A DNA stretch of 64,000 bases from Rhodothermales bacterium (GCA_951812585.1 OX638318.1:1501058-1565057); one strand, 5' to 3'. Shown: positions 19,212-30,300, counted from the stretch's first letter. Made by a program: numbers and translations. Notes: generated by a model not told the origin, from the sequence alone.

Positions 19212-19687
19212 AGCGCAGCACGCTGGTGGCCGGCCTGACCTTGGCGGCGCTGAGCGGAGCGAGTGGCGGCTGTACGCAGTCCGATCAGTACCTGCAGTTC
19301 GCCGCACCGGTGGATGTGGCCGGCTTTGTAGAGGCGGCTACGCGCGGAGAGCGGATGTGGACGCGCGCGGCGCTCACACTGCGATTTGGCGATCCGATCA
19401 CGGAAACGCAGGAAGGCGACCGCGTGTTGCTCGCGTATTACGGCTTCGAGCTCGGCATCGAGGCGGATTCACTCATCCATATTGCCTTCACAGACAGTCG
19501 GCATACGGCGCCAGAGGGCATTCGCGTGGGCTATGCCGCGACACAGGTCCGCCGGCTGTGGGGGCCGCCAAAGGAGCAAACGTGGGACCTGTGGACGTAT
19601 GAGACCCAAGGTGCCGACCTGATCCTCACGATAACCGAAGGCGTGGTAAGCCGCATCGCGTGGCACCTGCGGTCCGCGGAGCGGTAG
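19208..19687 (+). CDS. hypothetical lipoprotein
   Basis: 159 aa. Signal peptide with a lipobox-like LSGASGGC. The ATGA overlaps the helicase stop. No family recognised. Confidence 0.5.
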   Translation: MKRSTLVAGLTLAALSGASGGCTQSDQYLQFAAPVDVAGFVEAATRGERMWTRAALTLRFGDPITETQEGDRVLLAYYGFELGIEADSLIHIAFTDSRHTAPEGIRVGYAATQVRRLWGPPKEQTWDLWTYETQGADLILTITEGVVSRIAWHLRSAER

Positions 19688-19782
19688 GCTGCATCGCCGG
19701 AAGAGTCCGCGCCGGTATGCGCTCCACCAGCGCGGCGCGCTGTATGGATGCGCGACACGGGCACGGGAGGATGATGATGACG

Positions 19783-19858
19783 TGGGCGGTGAGGGATTCG
19801 AACCCCCGACCTCCTGCTTGTAAGGCAGGCGCTCTAAACCTACTGAGCTAACCGCCCC
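19783..19858 (-). tRNA. tRNA-Val (anticodon TAC)
   Basis: Reverse complement GGGGCGGTTAGCTCAGTAGG...CCTGC-CTTACAA-GCAGG...GGTTCGAATCC...CACCGCCCA folds as a 76-nt cloverleaf by hand. Confidence 0.88.
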
Positions 19859-19869
19859 AGCGAGCGGGG

Positions 19870-19942
19870 AGCGGGAAACGGGGCTCGAACCCGCGACCCT
19901 CAGCTTGGGAAGCTGATGCTCTACCGACTGAGCTATTCCCGC
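19870..19942 (-). tRNA. tRNA-Gly (anticodon CCC)
   Basis: Reverse complement GCGGGAATAGCTCAGTCGGTAGAGCA-TCAGC-TTCCCAA-GCTGA...GGGTTCGAGCCCCGTTTCCCGCT; 73 nt. Confidence 0.88.
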
Positions 19943-20053
19943 TGACGGTTGTCCAATACGCATATTCACGCCAAAAGTTTGGGCACGGTCTGGGGACATT
20001 TGTGTCTGCTGTGCGTTGGAAGGCAGTTCACGGCTAACGTCTCGCCCTAATCA

Positions 20054-20209
20054 ATGAAACGTACATACCAGCCCAGCCGGCGTAAGCGCAGAAACAAGCA
20101 TGGTTTCCGGCTGCGCATGAGCGACCGGAATGGGCGCAAGCTCCTGGCCCGACGCCGCAAGAAAGGGCGCCGCTCGTTGACGGTGAGTGATCGTTACGTG
20201 GGCAAGTAG
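20054..20209 (+). CDS. rpmH: 50S ribosomal protein L34
   Basis: Translated by hand (below the ORF-track length cut-off): [51 protein letters not shown], 51 aa. Classic L34 sequence upstream of rnpA. Confidence 0.9.
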   Translation: MKRTYQPSRRKRRNKHGFRLRMSDRNGRKLLARRRKKGRRSLTVSDRYVGK

Positions 20210-20210
20210 G

Positions 20211-20630
20211 GTGATCTCTGCGCGTGAAGCGTGGCCGCGTGAAGCGCGCCTTAAACGCCGCCGGCTCATTCGCCCGCTCTTCGCACATGGGCGCAAGAGT
20301 CAGATCTCGATAGGCACGGTACGGCTCCTGTATCGCATCGTGCCGCAATCTCTGACAGGAACCAGCAGTCCGATCCAAGTAGGCTTTGCGGTCCGGCCTC
20401 AGCGAACGGCAGTGCGCCGCAACGCCATCCGACGCGTGCTGCGCGAAGCCTTTCGGACCAGTGCACAGCGTGCAGTGCTGCCCGTCATGCCCGGATACAC
20501 GCTTACGCTCATGGTGCTCTGCCGCAGCCCGGTCCGGAACAGGGTGCTGCGGTCAGATCTGGCCAAGGCTCTGGACATTCTCGTGGCAGCCCTAACTGGA
20601 AGCCAGTTTAGCATGAGCAGTGGATCGTAG
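20211..20630 (+). CDS. rnpA: ribonuclease P protein component
   Basis: LKRRRLIRPLF... basic N-terminus, in the rpmH-rnpA-yidC order. GTG at 20211 directly after the rpmH stop is the likely start. Confidence 0.75.
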   Translation: MISAREAWPREARLKRRRLIRPLFAHGRKSQISIGTVRLLYRIVPQSLTGTSSPIQVGFAVRPQRTAVRRNAIRRVLREAFRTSAQRAVLPVMPGYTLTLMVLCRSPVRNRVLRSDLAKALDILVAALTGSQFSMSSGS

Positions 20631-22374
20631 CACTGTCATAGGAATGCTCCTGATGGTGGCGGTGCTCATCGTCTGGATGTATCTGTTGCCCACGCCGCCG
20701 CCGCCCGCGGAGATCGTGCCGGACACGACCATTACGGAGCAGGAAACACCCGTTTTGGCCGCACCGGAGGCGCAGCCTGCGCCGATGCAGGATTCCACTG
20801 TGGTGCTGACAGGCGAAGCGCGCACGATCACCGTGGTGACGCAGCGCTATGAGGCGGAGCTCTCCACCAAGGGGGGCACCCTTACGCGCATGTCTCTGCG
20901 CGAGTATAGGAAGTTCGACCAGGTCACGCCGGTGCAGCTGATCGGGGAAGTGCCTCCATTGGGGTTGCGGTTTCAGTCGCCGGGCGGGCGCAATCGCGAC
21001 ACCCGTGATCTGTACTTCGAGTCCAGCTTTGCGGGCGACCGTATAAACGTGGTGGACGCACCGCAGTCGCTGACTTTCACCACGCTTGCCAGCAGCGGTA
21101 CGATCCGCAAGACGTACACCTTCAACCCCGATTCCTACGAAGTAGGGCTCGAAGTTGAAATGATCAATGCGTCTTCGTTCCAGACCAGCGATGGTTACGA
21201 CCTGGTATGGGATTCGGCCTTGCCTTTCAGCGAGGATCCGCAGAACCGCAAGGAAGAGTCGCGCCAGGTGGGGGCCTGGGCGCGAAGCGGCGGCGAGGTG
21301 GAAGGGATCACGCTGGGCCGCAATGAAGCAGATGAAGCCACGCTGCGGGGGGATGTGTCGTGGATCGGCGTCAAGAACAAGTATTTCGCCGCTGTGGTGA
21401 TTCCCGATGCGCCGGCGCTGGAGGCCTATCTGGAGGGAGAGCGCTTCGGCGATGTAGATGATCCGGCCGTGCTCATGGACCTTTCGGCCAGCCTGTACAT
21501 GGGTGCGCCGCGTGCGGGCGGCGACGCATTCCGGCTGTACCTGGGCCCCTTGGATTACGGCAACATCCGGCACTATGACGGGCTGTACGGCATGGTGGAC
21601 TACGGCTGGGACGCATTCGAGTGGGTCGCGCGGCCCTTGGCGCGCATCGTCTTTATTCCGGCTTTTTCGCTGCTGAGCTCCTTCATTGCCAGTTACGGAC
21701 TGGTGATCATCGTCTTTTGCATGCTCATCAAGCTGCTGCTTTTCCCGATCACGCGCGTCTCTTACAAGTCCATGGCGGGCATGCGTGAGCTTGCCCCGCA
21801 GCTGCAAAAGATCAAAGAGAAGTACAAAGACAACCCGCAGAAGCAGCAGCAGGCGACCATGAAGCTGTACAAGGAAACGGGCATGAACCCGCTCAGCAGC
21901 TGCCTGCCGATGCTGCTTCAGTACCCCATCATCCTTGCGCTGTGGCAGTTTCTGCAGCAGTCCATTGAGATACGTCAGCAGAGCTTCTTGTGGGCACCGG
22001 ACCTGTCGGCACCCGACGCCATCTTGCAGCTGCCGTTCAGCATTCCTTTCTACGGAGACTATGTGGCGGGCTTCACGGTCCTGATGGGTCTGTCGCTGGT
22101 CGTCCAGATGCGCATCCAGTCCACGCCATCGAGCGGCATGCAGCAAAAGATCATGATGTACGGCATGCCGATCTTCATCTTTGTCATATTCAACAGGTTG
22201 CCGTCCGGGCTGAGCTTGTACTACCTTTGCTACAACGTATTTACGGCGATCCAGCAGCAGCTCATCAACAGGGGACAGAAGAAGAAAGCAGAAGCCCCCC
22301 GCAAAGGCGTGATCAAGAGCGCGCCAGCTTCAGCCAGGAAGGCTTCCAGGAAAGCCAAGCCGCGGCGGCGGTAG
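20620..22374 (+). CDS. yidC: membrane protein insertase YidC
   Basis: 584 aa. N-terminal TM segment, large periplasmic domain, and C-terminal 5-TM core with LLPMLLQYPIILALW and a basic tail. Confidence 0.9.
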   Translation: MDRSTVIGMLLMVAVLIVWMYLLPTPPPPAEIVPDTTITEQETPVLAAPEAQPAPMQDSTVVLTGEARTITVVTQRYEAELSTKGGTLTRMSLREYRKFDQVTPVQLIGEVPPLGLRFQSPGGRNRDTRDLYFESSFAGDRINVVDAPQSLTFTTLASSGTIRKTYTFNPDSYEVGLEVEMINASSFQTSDGYDLVWDSALPFSEDPQNRKEESRQVGAWARSGGEVEGITLGRNEADEATLRGDVSWIGVKNKYFAAVVIPDAPALEAYLEGERFGDVDDPAVLMDLSASLYMGAPRAGGDAFRLYLGPLDYGNIRHYDGLYGMVDYGWDAFEWVARPLARIVFIPAFSLLSSFIASYGLVIIVFCMLIKLLLFPITRVSYKSMAGMRELAPQLQKIKEKYKDNPQKQQQATMKLYKETGMNPLSSCLPMLLQYPIILALWQFLQQSIEIRQQSFLWAPDLSAPDAILQLPFSIPFYGDYVAGFTVLMGLSLVVQMRIQSTPSSGMQQKIMMYGMPIFIFVIFNRLPSGLSLYYLCYNVFTAIQQQLINRGQKKKAEAPRKGVIKSAPASARKASRKAKPRRR

Positions 22375-22385
22375 CGCGCAGTGCC

Positions 22386-23729
22386 ATGACCGCTTCGGAT
22401 ACGATTGCGGCAATTGCCACGGCCCGCGGGAAAGCTGCTTTGGCCATCGTGCGCACCAGCGGCTCTCGGGCCCTTGCCATAGCATCGAAATGCTTCCAGG
22501 GCCAGGACCTGACACAGGCGACATCGCATACGCTTCATGTCGGCCTGTGGCAAGACAAAGCAGGCCGCACGGTTGACCAGGTCGTTTGTGCGGTGTACAG
22601 GGCCCCGCGCTCTTATACCGGCGAAGACATGGTGGAGGTGTCGTGTCACGGCGGCGACTATGTGGTGGCGCTCGTCCTCCAGAGCCTCTTGGCTGCGGGG
22701 GCGCGGCTGGCGGCTCCAGGCGAGTTTACGAAGCGCGCCTTCGTCAACGGGAAGCTGGACCTGGTGCAGGCCGAAGCGGTTGCCGACCTTATCCATGCCT
22801 CCTCTGCGCGTGCGCACCGGGCCTCGGTGGACAGCCTGCGGGGCCGCTACTCCCAAACGATAGAAGCGCTCCGCACGGCCCTGGTGGACATCTGTGCCCT
22901 GGCGGAACTGGAGATTGACTTCTCTGATGAAGACGTAGCATTTGCCGACCGCGAGACGCTTCGCCGGCTGCTGCAGGACACGCAGCGCCTTTTGGCGGAA
23001 GCCTTGGCCTCGTATGCCCTCGGTGAACTGGTTCGAGAAGGCGTACGTGTGGTGATCGCCGGACGCCCCAATGCCGGCAAGTCCACGCTATTGAATGCGA
23101 TACTGGGTGAGGACCGCGCCATCGTCAGTAGTGCGCCGGGGACCACGCGCGACACGGTGACGGCAGACAAAGAGATCGGAGGGCTATTATTTCGATTTAT
23201 TGATACGGCCGGCTTGCACAACACCACGGATGTTATCGAGGCCGAGGGCGTGCGTCGTTCGCGCGGTGCCATTAGGCGGGCCGACCTGGTGCTGTATGTC
23301 TACGACGTTACTGTGGGGTTTTCAGCGGGTGAGCGCGCGTTTGTTGATACCATCACGGATGCCCGGACGCTGGTGGTGGGCAACAAGGTGGATCTCGCAG
23401 GGTCTTGCGATGGCCTGGCCGTGTCCGCGCTCAAAGGACTCCGCGATGCGCAGGCCCTCGAGGTGCTGCGCGCAGCCATTGTCCGGGCCGTTGTGCAAGA
23501 CGATGTCGATGCGGTGCGCCTGGTGACGAGTGCGCGACACCATCAGCATCTCCGCAGCGCTTACGAGGCTGCCGGCCGCGCACTGGATGCACTGGACGCC
23601 GGTACGCCGGTCGATGTCTTCACGCTGGACCTTCGGGCCGCCTTGCACGAACTGGGCTGCATCACGGGGGCGATATCGAACGAGGAGGTGCTCGGCGCAA
23701 TCTTTTCGCGATTCTGCATCGGCAAGTAG
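22386..23729 (+). CDS. mnmE: tRNA modification GTPase MnmE
   Basis: Start at MTASDTIAAIATARGKAALAIVR. G domain GRPNAGKSTLLN, and the C-terminal FCIGK motif. The 21990 ORF start is an artefact overlapping yidC. Confidence 0.92.
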   Translation: MTASDTIAAIATARGKAALAIVRTSGSRALAIASKCFQGQDLTQATSHTLHVGLWQDKAGRTVDQVVCAVYRAPRSYTGEDMVEVSCHGGDYVVALVLQSLLAAGARLAAPGEFTKRAFVNGKLDLVQAEAVADLIHASSARAHRASVDSLRGRYSQTIEALRTALVDICALAELEIDFSDEDVAFADRETLRRLLQDTQRLLAEALASYALGELVREGVRVVIAGRPNAGKSTLLNAILGEDRAIVSSAPGTTRDTVTADKEIGGLLFRFIDTAGLHNTTDVIEAEGVRRSRGAIRRADLVLYVYDVTVGFSAGERAFVDTITDARTLVVGNKVDLAGSCDGLAVSALKGLRDAQALEVLRAAIVRAVVQDDVDAVRLVTSARHHQHLRSAYEAAGRALDALDAGTPVDVFTLDLRAALHELGCITGAISNEEVLGAIFSRFCIGK

Positions 23730-23816
23730 GGTGCAAGTAAGGTGCGGATCCGGTGCGAAGCCGGCGCGGAACCGCCGAGCATTCGTACGGATATATGTAG
23801 GCTTGGGCAAGGGCAT

Positions 23817-25703
23817 ATGACCGGTTATGACGTAGTGGTTGTAGGTGGCGGGCACGCCGGCACCGAAGCCGCCGCCGCGGCGGCGCGTATGGGAGCGAGC
23901 ACGCTGCTGATCACCATGAGCCTGGAGGCGTTGGGCCGCATGTCGTGCAACCCGGCAATCGGCGGCATCGGCAAGGGGCATATTGCCCGGGAGATCGACG
24001 CGCTGGGGGGTGTGATGGGGCTGGCCACGGACGCGGCAGGGATCCAGTTCAGGATGCTGAACCGTCGCAAGGGTCCAGCGGTGTGGGGGCCCCGGGCTCA
24101 ATGTGATCGCGTGGCCTACGCCAATGCGGTGCGCCAGGCGCTCGAGTCCGAGGAGCGGCTGCAGTTCAGGGCGGATGTGGTCACCCGCCTTGCCACAAGC
24201 GGTGGAAGCATCACGGGCGTAGAGACGCAGCTGGGTCAGCACATACCAGCGCGCGCCGTCATCTTGACCAGCGGCACCTTCATGAACGGCGTGGTGCATG
24301 TGGGCGAGAAGCAGTTCGGCGGCGGCCGTATGGGCGAGCGCGCCACGCGCGGCCTCACCGGAGATTTGCACCGTTTGGGGTTTGTGTCCGGCAGGCTGAA
24401 GACCGGCACGCCGCCGCGCATAGACGGACGCTCCCTGGACTACAGCCTGCTCAAGGAGCAGCCCGGGGACAAAGATCCCAGTCCGTTTTCCTATATGACG
24501 GACCGCTTGACTGACGATCAGCTTAGCTGCTGGCTTGCCTACACATCACCCGCGGTGCACGCCACGCTGCGCACGGGCTTTGATCGGAGCCCGATGTTTA
24601 TGGGTCGCATTGCGGGACGGGGGCCGCGCTACTGTCCATCGATAGAGGACAAGATTGACCGTTTTGCGGATAAGGACAGGCACCAGTTGTTCTTGGAGCC
24701 GGAGGGACGCCATACGTACGAGGTGTACGTCAATGGTTTTTCGACCAGCCTGCCTGAGTCTGTACAGCGCCGGGCGCTCCGGCAGGTGCCGGGGCTGGAA
24801 AAGTCACACATGCTGCGCCCTGGCTACGCCATAGAGTATGACTACTTTCCACCACACCAGCTGCAGTATTCCCTCGCAACCAAGCGGGTTGCGGGCCTGT
24901 TCTTTGCCGGTCAGATCAACGGCACTACAGGGTACGAGGAAGCGGCGGCTCAAGGGCTGATTGCTGGTATCAACGCTGTGCATTACCTGGATGCGCGGGA
25001 TCCGGTGGTCTTGCAACGTGCGCAGGCGTACATCGGCGTGCTCGTGGATGACCTCATCGCGAAAGGCACCGATGAGCCCTACCGTATGTTCACGTCGCGG
25101 GCGGAGCATCGCATACTGCTGCGGCAGGACAATGCGGACCTCCGCCTGACCGCGCTCGGCCGGTCACTGGGATTGGTGCGCGAGGCGCGCTATGCACGGA
25201 TGTGTGCCAAGCGGCGGGCGATAGCAGCCATGCAGCGTGCGCTGAAGCAGATCACGGTGCGGCCCGCGCAGGTCAACGAATACCTGGCGTCGGTAGGTAC
25301 GCGTCCGCTCAGTCAGCCGTTGCCGCTGGCCAAGGTCGCACTACGCCCGGAGGTTCGGCTCACAGAGCTTCTTAAGGCTGCCAATCAGTCCGCGCCGTTG
25401 CAGGCGTCCGGTATGGAGTGCGTGGAGGACCTGGTGGAGATCGATCTCAAGTACGCGGGCTATCTGCACCGCCAGGAGGAGGAGGCAAAGAAGGTGGCGC
25501 GTTTGGAGTCGTGGCGCATTCCGCGTGACTTTGACTACAACGGCACCTCCAATCTGAGCATGGAGGCGCGCGAAAAGCTTAGCCTGATACAGCCGCAAAC
25601 GTTAGGGCAGGCCTCGCGCATCAGCGGCGTAAGCCCGGCAGACGTTTCGGTGCTGATGGTCGTCTTGACAGCGGCGCGTGCGCATGAAGTGGCTCGCGCT
25701 TGA
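23817..25703 (+). CDS. mnmG: tRNA uridine 5-carboxymethylaminomethyl modification enzyme MnmG
   Basis: MTGYDVVVVGGGHAGTEAA FAD-binding N-terminus. Full-length GidA-like sequence. Confidence 0.92.
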   Translation: MTGYDVVVVGGGHAGTEAAAAAARMGASTLLITMSLEALGRMSCNPAIGGIGKGHIAREIDALGGVMGLATDAAGIQFRMLNRRKGPAVWGPRAQCDRVAYANAVRQALESEERLQFRADVVTRLATSGGSITGVETQLGQHIPARAVILTSGTFMNGVVHVGEKQFGGGRMGERATRGLTGDLHRLGFVSGRLKTGTPPRIDGRSLDYSLLKEQPGDKDPSPFSYMTDRLTDDQLSCWLAYTSPAVHATLRTGFDRSPMFMGRIAGRGPRYCPSIEDKIDRFADKDRHQLFLEPEGRHTYEVYVNGFSTSLPESVQRRALRQVPGLEKSHMLRPGYAIEYDYFPPHQLQYSLATKRVAGLFFAGQINGTTGYEEAAAQGLIAGINAVHYLDARDPVVLQRAQAYIGVLVDDLIAKGTDEPYRMFTSRAEHRILLRQDNADLRLTALGRSLGLVREARYARMCAKRRAIAAMQRALKQITVRPAQVNEYLASVGTRPLSQPLPLAKVALRPEVRLTELLKAANQSAPLQASGMECVEDLVEIDLKYAGYLHRQEEEAKKVARLESWRIPRDFDYNGTSNLSMEAREKLSLIQPQTLGQASRISGVSPADVSVLMVVLTAARAHEVARA

Positions 25704-26394
25704 CGCATACGCAGAGGACCGGCTGCGAGCCTTCGAGGCGGCCTTCTGCAAGCTGAACCGCTATCACAACCTGGTGGCGCGTGGGGACGCTGTGCACTTC
25801 TGGGAGCGGCACATCATGCACTGTCTGGCACTCACGCGACGGCGCTTTGCGGCGGGTGCGCACATTGTGGACTGGGGTACCGGGGGCGGCTTGCCGGCGG
25901 TGCCGCTAGCCATTGTGCTGCCAGAGAACACCCTCACCGCGGTGGATTCGGTGCAAAGAAAGATCTGGGCCGTGCATCGCATACGGCGCGAACTCAGCTT
26001 GACCAATCTGCATACGTGGTGTGGCCGCGCAGAAGCGTGGACCGGGGAGGCTGCGTACAGTATCAGTCGGGCTGTTGCCCCGCTGGAGACGCTTTGGCGG
26101 TGGCATGCGCGCGTAGCCATTATGGCGCGCAGCAGTCGTGCGAACGTCAGCACGCGCGTGGATAAAGCGCAAAGCACGAGCCTTAGGCCCGCAGCTTCGC
26201 AAAGCGTAAATCGCGCCGACACATGGGAGCCAGGCCTGATCTGCCTTAAGGGTGGTGACTTATCTTCCGAAATAGCGGCGCTGCGCAGGGCCGACGCCGC
26301 GCTAATCATAGAGGTCTTGGCACTGGACGATTTAGGTCCCTGGTTCAGCCGCAAGGCTATCGTGCATGTTGCTTCACCGCGCGCGTTCTCATGA
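25684..26394 (+). CDS. rsmG: 16S rRNA (guanine527-N7)-methyltransferase RsmG
   Basis: DWGTGGGLPAVPLAI SAM-binding motif and position after mnmG. The start could instead be the GTG at 25678. Confidence 0.8.
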   Translation: MKWLALDAYAEDRLRAFEAAFCKLNRYHNLVARGDAVHFWERHIMHCLALTRRRFAAGAHIVDWGTGGGLPAVPLAIVLPENTLTAVDSVQRKIWAVHRIRRELSLTNLHTWCGRAEAWTGEAAYSISRAVAPLETLWRWHARVAIMARSSRANVSTRVDKAQSTSLRPAASQSVNRADTWEPGLICLKGGDLSSEIAALRRADAALIIEVLALDDLGPWFSRKAIVHVASPRAFS

Positions 26395-27368
26395 TCCAGG
26401 AAAGACGCCTCCTTAAGCGCGCCGAACGGCTCTTTGCCTTGGCGATGTATCTGAAGGGCAGCCGGACGGCGACCGCGGCGGTCCTGGCCGAACACTTTGG
26501 TGTCAGCGAGCGCACAATTTACCGAGACTTGCAAGCGCTAAGCAAGATCGGAGTCCCGCTAATACATGGGGACAAGACAGGCTACGCGATCCTTAAGGGC
26601 TACAGGCTGCCGCCCCTGATCCTCACGGCGCACCAGGCCGCCGCGGTGCTGATGGGCACGGAGTTTATCAAGCTGCGGTCGGATAAGGCAATGATCCAGG
26701 AAGCGGAAGAGGTCGCAGAAAAGATCCGCACCATACTGCCGCAGTCCATCAGGGAGTACATTGACAAACTGAACGAAGGCACGGCGCTGGATCCATACTG
26801 GCTGCACAAGGCGCCGGTGCACGGGTACTGGTCGATCCTCAGCGAAGCCATTGCGAAGCGTCGCGTGGTATGGATGGAGTATTTCGTACGCAGCCGCAAG
26901 GAGCGCACAGAGCGACAGGTCGATCCGCTGGGGTTGGTGTTCTACACCGATCACTGGAATCTGATTGCGTACGATCACCTCCGGCGCGAAATTCGGCAGT
27001 TTGCATTGGCGCACATACAGGACTTGAGCATGCTGTCAAGGCGTTTCACGCCGCCGGAAGGCTTTGAGCTCAAGCAGTACCTGAAGGAGCGCAGCGCTGA
27101 TCCGGCAGGCGAGCGGATTGAGATATGTTTTGCCGCTTCCGTCTACGACGAGGCGCGCAGCAGCATTCCCGCAATGCTGGAGCAGGAATGGGCCGATGAT
27201 GGCAGCGTCACGGTCGTATTCAGGTTTGACAACATGGCGTATCTCGCACAGCTTGTGCTGCGCTACGGTCTGCACGCCAGGGTGGTCGCTCCGGTGCACT
27301 TGCGGAAGCGTGTCCGTGCGCTGGCGTTGCGGGTGGCAGCCCAGTATGAGACAGACGAGGGCGAATAG
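26391..27368 (+). CDS. HTH + WYL-domain transcriptional regulator
   Basis: N-terminal wHTH (LAEHFGVSERTIYRDLQAL) and a central WYL-type region (VVWMEYFVRSRKERTERQVDPLGLVFYTDHWNLIAYD). Confidence 0.75.
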   Translation: MIQERRLLKRAERLFALAMYLKGSRTATAAVLAEHFGVSERTIYRDLQALSKIGVPLIHGDKTGYAILKGYRLPPLILTAHQAAAVLMGTEFIKLRSDKAMIQEAEEVAEKIRTILPQSIREYIDKLNEGTALDPYWLHKAPVHGYWSILSEAIAKRRVVWMEYFVRSRKERTERQVDPLGLVFYTDHWNLIAYDHLRREIRQFALAHIQDLSMLSRRFTPPEGFELKQYLKERSADPAGERIEICFAASVYDEARSSIPAMLEQEWADDGSVTVVFRFDNMAYLAQLVLRYGLHARVVAPVHLRKRVRALALRVAAQYETDEGE

Positions 27369-27396
27369 GAGCCGCGCCGCGCATGCCTGCGGCTGC

Positions 27397-30300
27397 TCAT
27401 GCGTTAAGCTTTTCGAGCACCGCTACAGCATCGGCCAGTCTCGGCACCTCTTGCACGATCACGCGGGGCACCCCGCGCTTGGACTCTCTGAGGAAGTAGC
27501 GCAGGCCCAGGGCGCTTAATCGCTCCAGCAGGGGCTGGAAGCAGTGCTCCTTGAACTTGGGATCGTCCAGTGCCAGGTGCAGGAAGAGCCGCTGCTTGCG
27601 GTGCACTACGCGCGGCAGATGCAGCTGCTGCGCATAATGCCGCATCAGCATGACCCCAAACAGGTTGCGTGCTTCGCGCGGCCGCGGCCCAAAACGGTCC
27701 TTGATCTCCGCGCGAAGCTCCAGGATTGCTTCTTTCGAGGGCGCTTCGCTGAGCCGGCGATACAGTCCCAGCCGCTCCAGGTCGCTCTCGACATAGTGGC
27801 GTGGCAGTGAAGCTTCCGCTGCAGCGTCGGCCGTGGTATCGGTCGCCGCCGGCGCAGGGGCTTCCACCGCAAGTGACGGAAACTCGTCAGCCCGCAGCTC
27901 TCGCACCGCGTCGTCGAGAACCTTCTGGTACGTGTCATAGCCCAGATCGGCGATGAAGCCGCTCTGTTCGCCTCCCAGAACGTTGCCCGCGCCGCGAATG
28001 TCCAGGTCGCGCATGGCAATCTGAAAACCGCTGCCCAGTTCATTCAGTTGTTCCACGGCGCGTAACCGCTGACGTGCTTCACGTGTCAGCGCGTGGATGG
28101 ACGGCACCAGCAGATAGCAGAACGCCTTGCGATCACTCCGGCCCACGCGTCCCCGAAGCTGATGCAGTTCTGCGAGTCCGAACCGTTGCGCGTGGTGAAT
28201 GATCATCGTGTTGACGTTCGGAATGTCCAGGCCATTCTCAATGATTGTAGTGGACACCAGGACATCACACTTGTGATCGATGAACCCGGTCATCACGCGT
28301 TCCATGTCCGCCGCTTTCATCTGACCATGCGCAACCTGAAAGCGTACTCCCGGCACCAGATCGCGCAGCATGCCGGCGATGTCACCGATGGATCGCACGC
28401 GGTTGTGCACAAAGAAGACCTGGCCACCCCGGCTCACTTCGTACAGGATGGCGTCGCGGATGAGTCCAGTATCAAAGGAATGGATCTCGGTCTCAATGGA
28501 CTGCCGGTTGGGCGGAGCCGTATCAATGATGGACAAATCCCGCGCACCCATCAGGGAAAACTGCAGTGTGCGCGGGATCGGCGTCGCCGTCAGCGTGAGC
28601 GTGTCGACGTTTACGCGGAGCTGGCGCAGCCGCTCTTTGACGCCTACACCGAAGCGTTGCTCTTCATCTACGATGAGCAGTCCCAAGTCATTGAAATGAA
28701 CATCTTTAGATATGATGCGATGGGTGCCGATGAGAATGTCTACGGTGCCTTTTTTTAGTTGGTCCAGCAGGTCCCTCACGGCCTTGCCCGTCCGGTGGCG
28801 GGTGAGTACTTCAACCTTGACTGGAAACGGTTCCAGTCGCCGTGCAAACGTTTCCTGATGCTGTCGGGCCAGGACGGTGGTGGGCACGAGCACCGCCACC
28901 TGCTTTCCGTCCTGTACAGCCTTGAAGGCCGCGCGCACCGCAACCTCCGTCTTGCCGAAGCCTACATCGCCACAGAGCAGGCGGTCCATAGGCGCGGTCA
29001 TTTCCATGTCGCGCTTGACCACTTCCGTTGCAGCGAACTGGTCAGGGGTGTCTTCAAACGCAAACGAGGCTTCCATCTCGCGTTGCCAGATGGTATCAGC
29101 CGGGAAGCTGTGTCCTTTCGAGGCCTTTCGCTGGGCATAGAGCTTTATGAGGTCTCGGGCGATGTCCTTTATGCGTTTCTTGGTCTTGCGCTTTGACCGT
29201 TCCCACTGACCGGACCCGAGCTTGGTCAGTTTGGGCGTGTGGCCCTCTTTTCCGCTGTACTTGTGGAGCTTGTAGAGGGCGTTCACGTTGATGTAGAGCA
29301 CGTCGCCCTCTGCATAGTGCAGGCGGACTGCTTCCTGCTTTTTCCCGCGGACGGTAATGTTTCGGAAGCCTGCAAACTTTCCGACGCCGTAGTCGGTGTG
29401 CACGACGAAGTCTCCCGGCTGCAGGCGGCGGAGCTCGTGCAGCCGGATGCCGCCGTGTCTTTTGCGTTTGCGCGTAACAGGCCGGTGGTAGCGCCCGAAG
29501 ATTTGATGATCGGTATAGACCGCAAGTCGCGCCGCGGGGAGTTCAAAGCCTTCGTGCAAGGACTGCACGGAGAGCTTCAGGTGGCCGCGTGCCAGTGCTG
29601 ACTCCAAAAGGTCCGCCAGGCGATCTTTTTGCCCGCTGCTGTCGCAAAGGATGTGGGTGAAGACCGACTGCGCCGCGCTGTCGGCCAGGTGGCTGCGGAG
29701 GATTTTCATTTGCCGGTTGAAGGCCGGCTGCGGTCGGCTTGCGGCGGAGCATTGCGAAGCGCGCGAGGAGTCGACGAACGCACCGAAATGCAGTTGGGGC
29801 CGCTGCTCGAATGCAGCCTGCAAGGTATCGCCCGTGAGGTAGCGCAGCGCGGGTTGGGCAAGCGTGTCGGGCGACGCTAGTGCAGCGAAGCGGTCCTCAG
29901 CGGCGCTGAACCGTTCGTCCGCAAGGGCTGCATGGCGCAGGCTGTCGAAGTGCGCTATCAGCGTATTGTCCGCAAGGAAGTCAAACAGGGAGGAGTAGGC
30001 TGTGTCCGTTGCTGCGAAGCGTTCCAGGCGCGGCGCTATGCGCACAGCCTCCAGGTTACTGACAGACCGCTGAGAGGACGGGTCAAACTCGCGCAGTGAT
30101 TCTATTTCGTCTCCAAAAAACTCTATGCGGAAGGGATAGTCCCCAGAGAAGGAAAAGATATCCACGATGCCGCCGCGCCAGGCGATGTCCCCCGGCTGTT
30201 CGACAAACCGCACGCGCTCAAATCCCTGACCCATCAGGCTGTCGACGAGTTCGTGGGGCGCGGCCGTGTCGCCGACCTTTAGCGTACGCGACGCGCGGCG

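Noticed and set aside
20386-20595. Cys-rich 69-aa ORF checked as a possible yidD between rnpA and yidC.
   Set aside because: It lies inside rnpA in another frame and has no resemblance to the YidD sequence pattern. yidD simply appears to be absent from this locus.
20608-22146. 512-aa ORF antisense to yidC. Similar long antisense or out-of-frame ORFs occur at 9887..11080, 11016..12095, 5869..7017, 23322..24371, 59556..60704 and 61754..62833.
   Set aside because: Each lies fully inside a gene with strong family motifs on the other strand. Their products are Arg/Ala/Gly/Pro-rich and low in complexity, as expected for stop-poor frames in high-GC DNA, and I recognise no motifs in them.
21990-22385. 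Upstream extension of the mnmE ORF (579 aa in the track).
   Set aside because: It overlaps the 3' end of yidC in another frame. The canonical MnmE N-terminus (MTASDTIAAIATA) starts at 22386.
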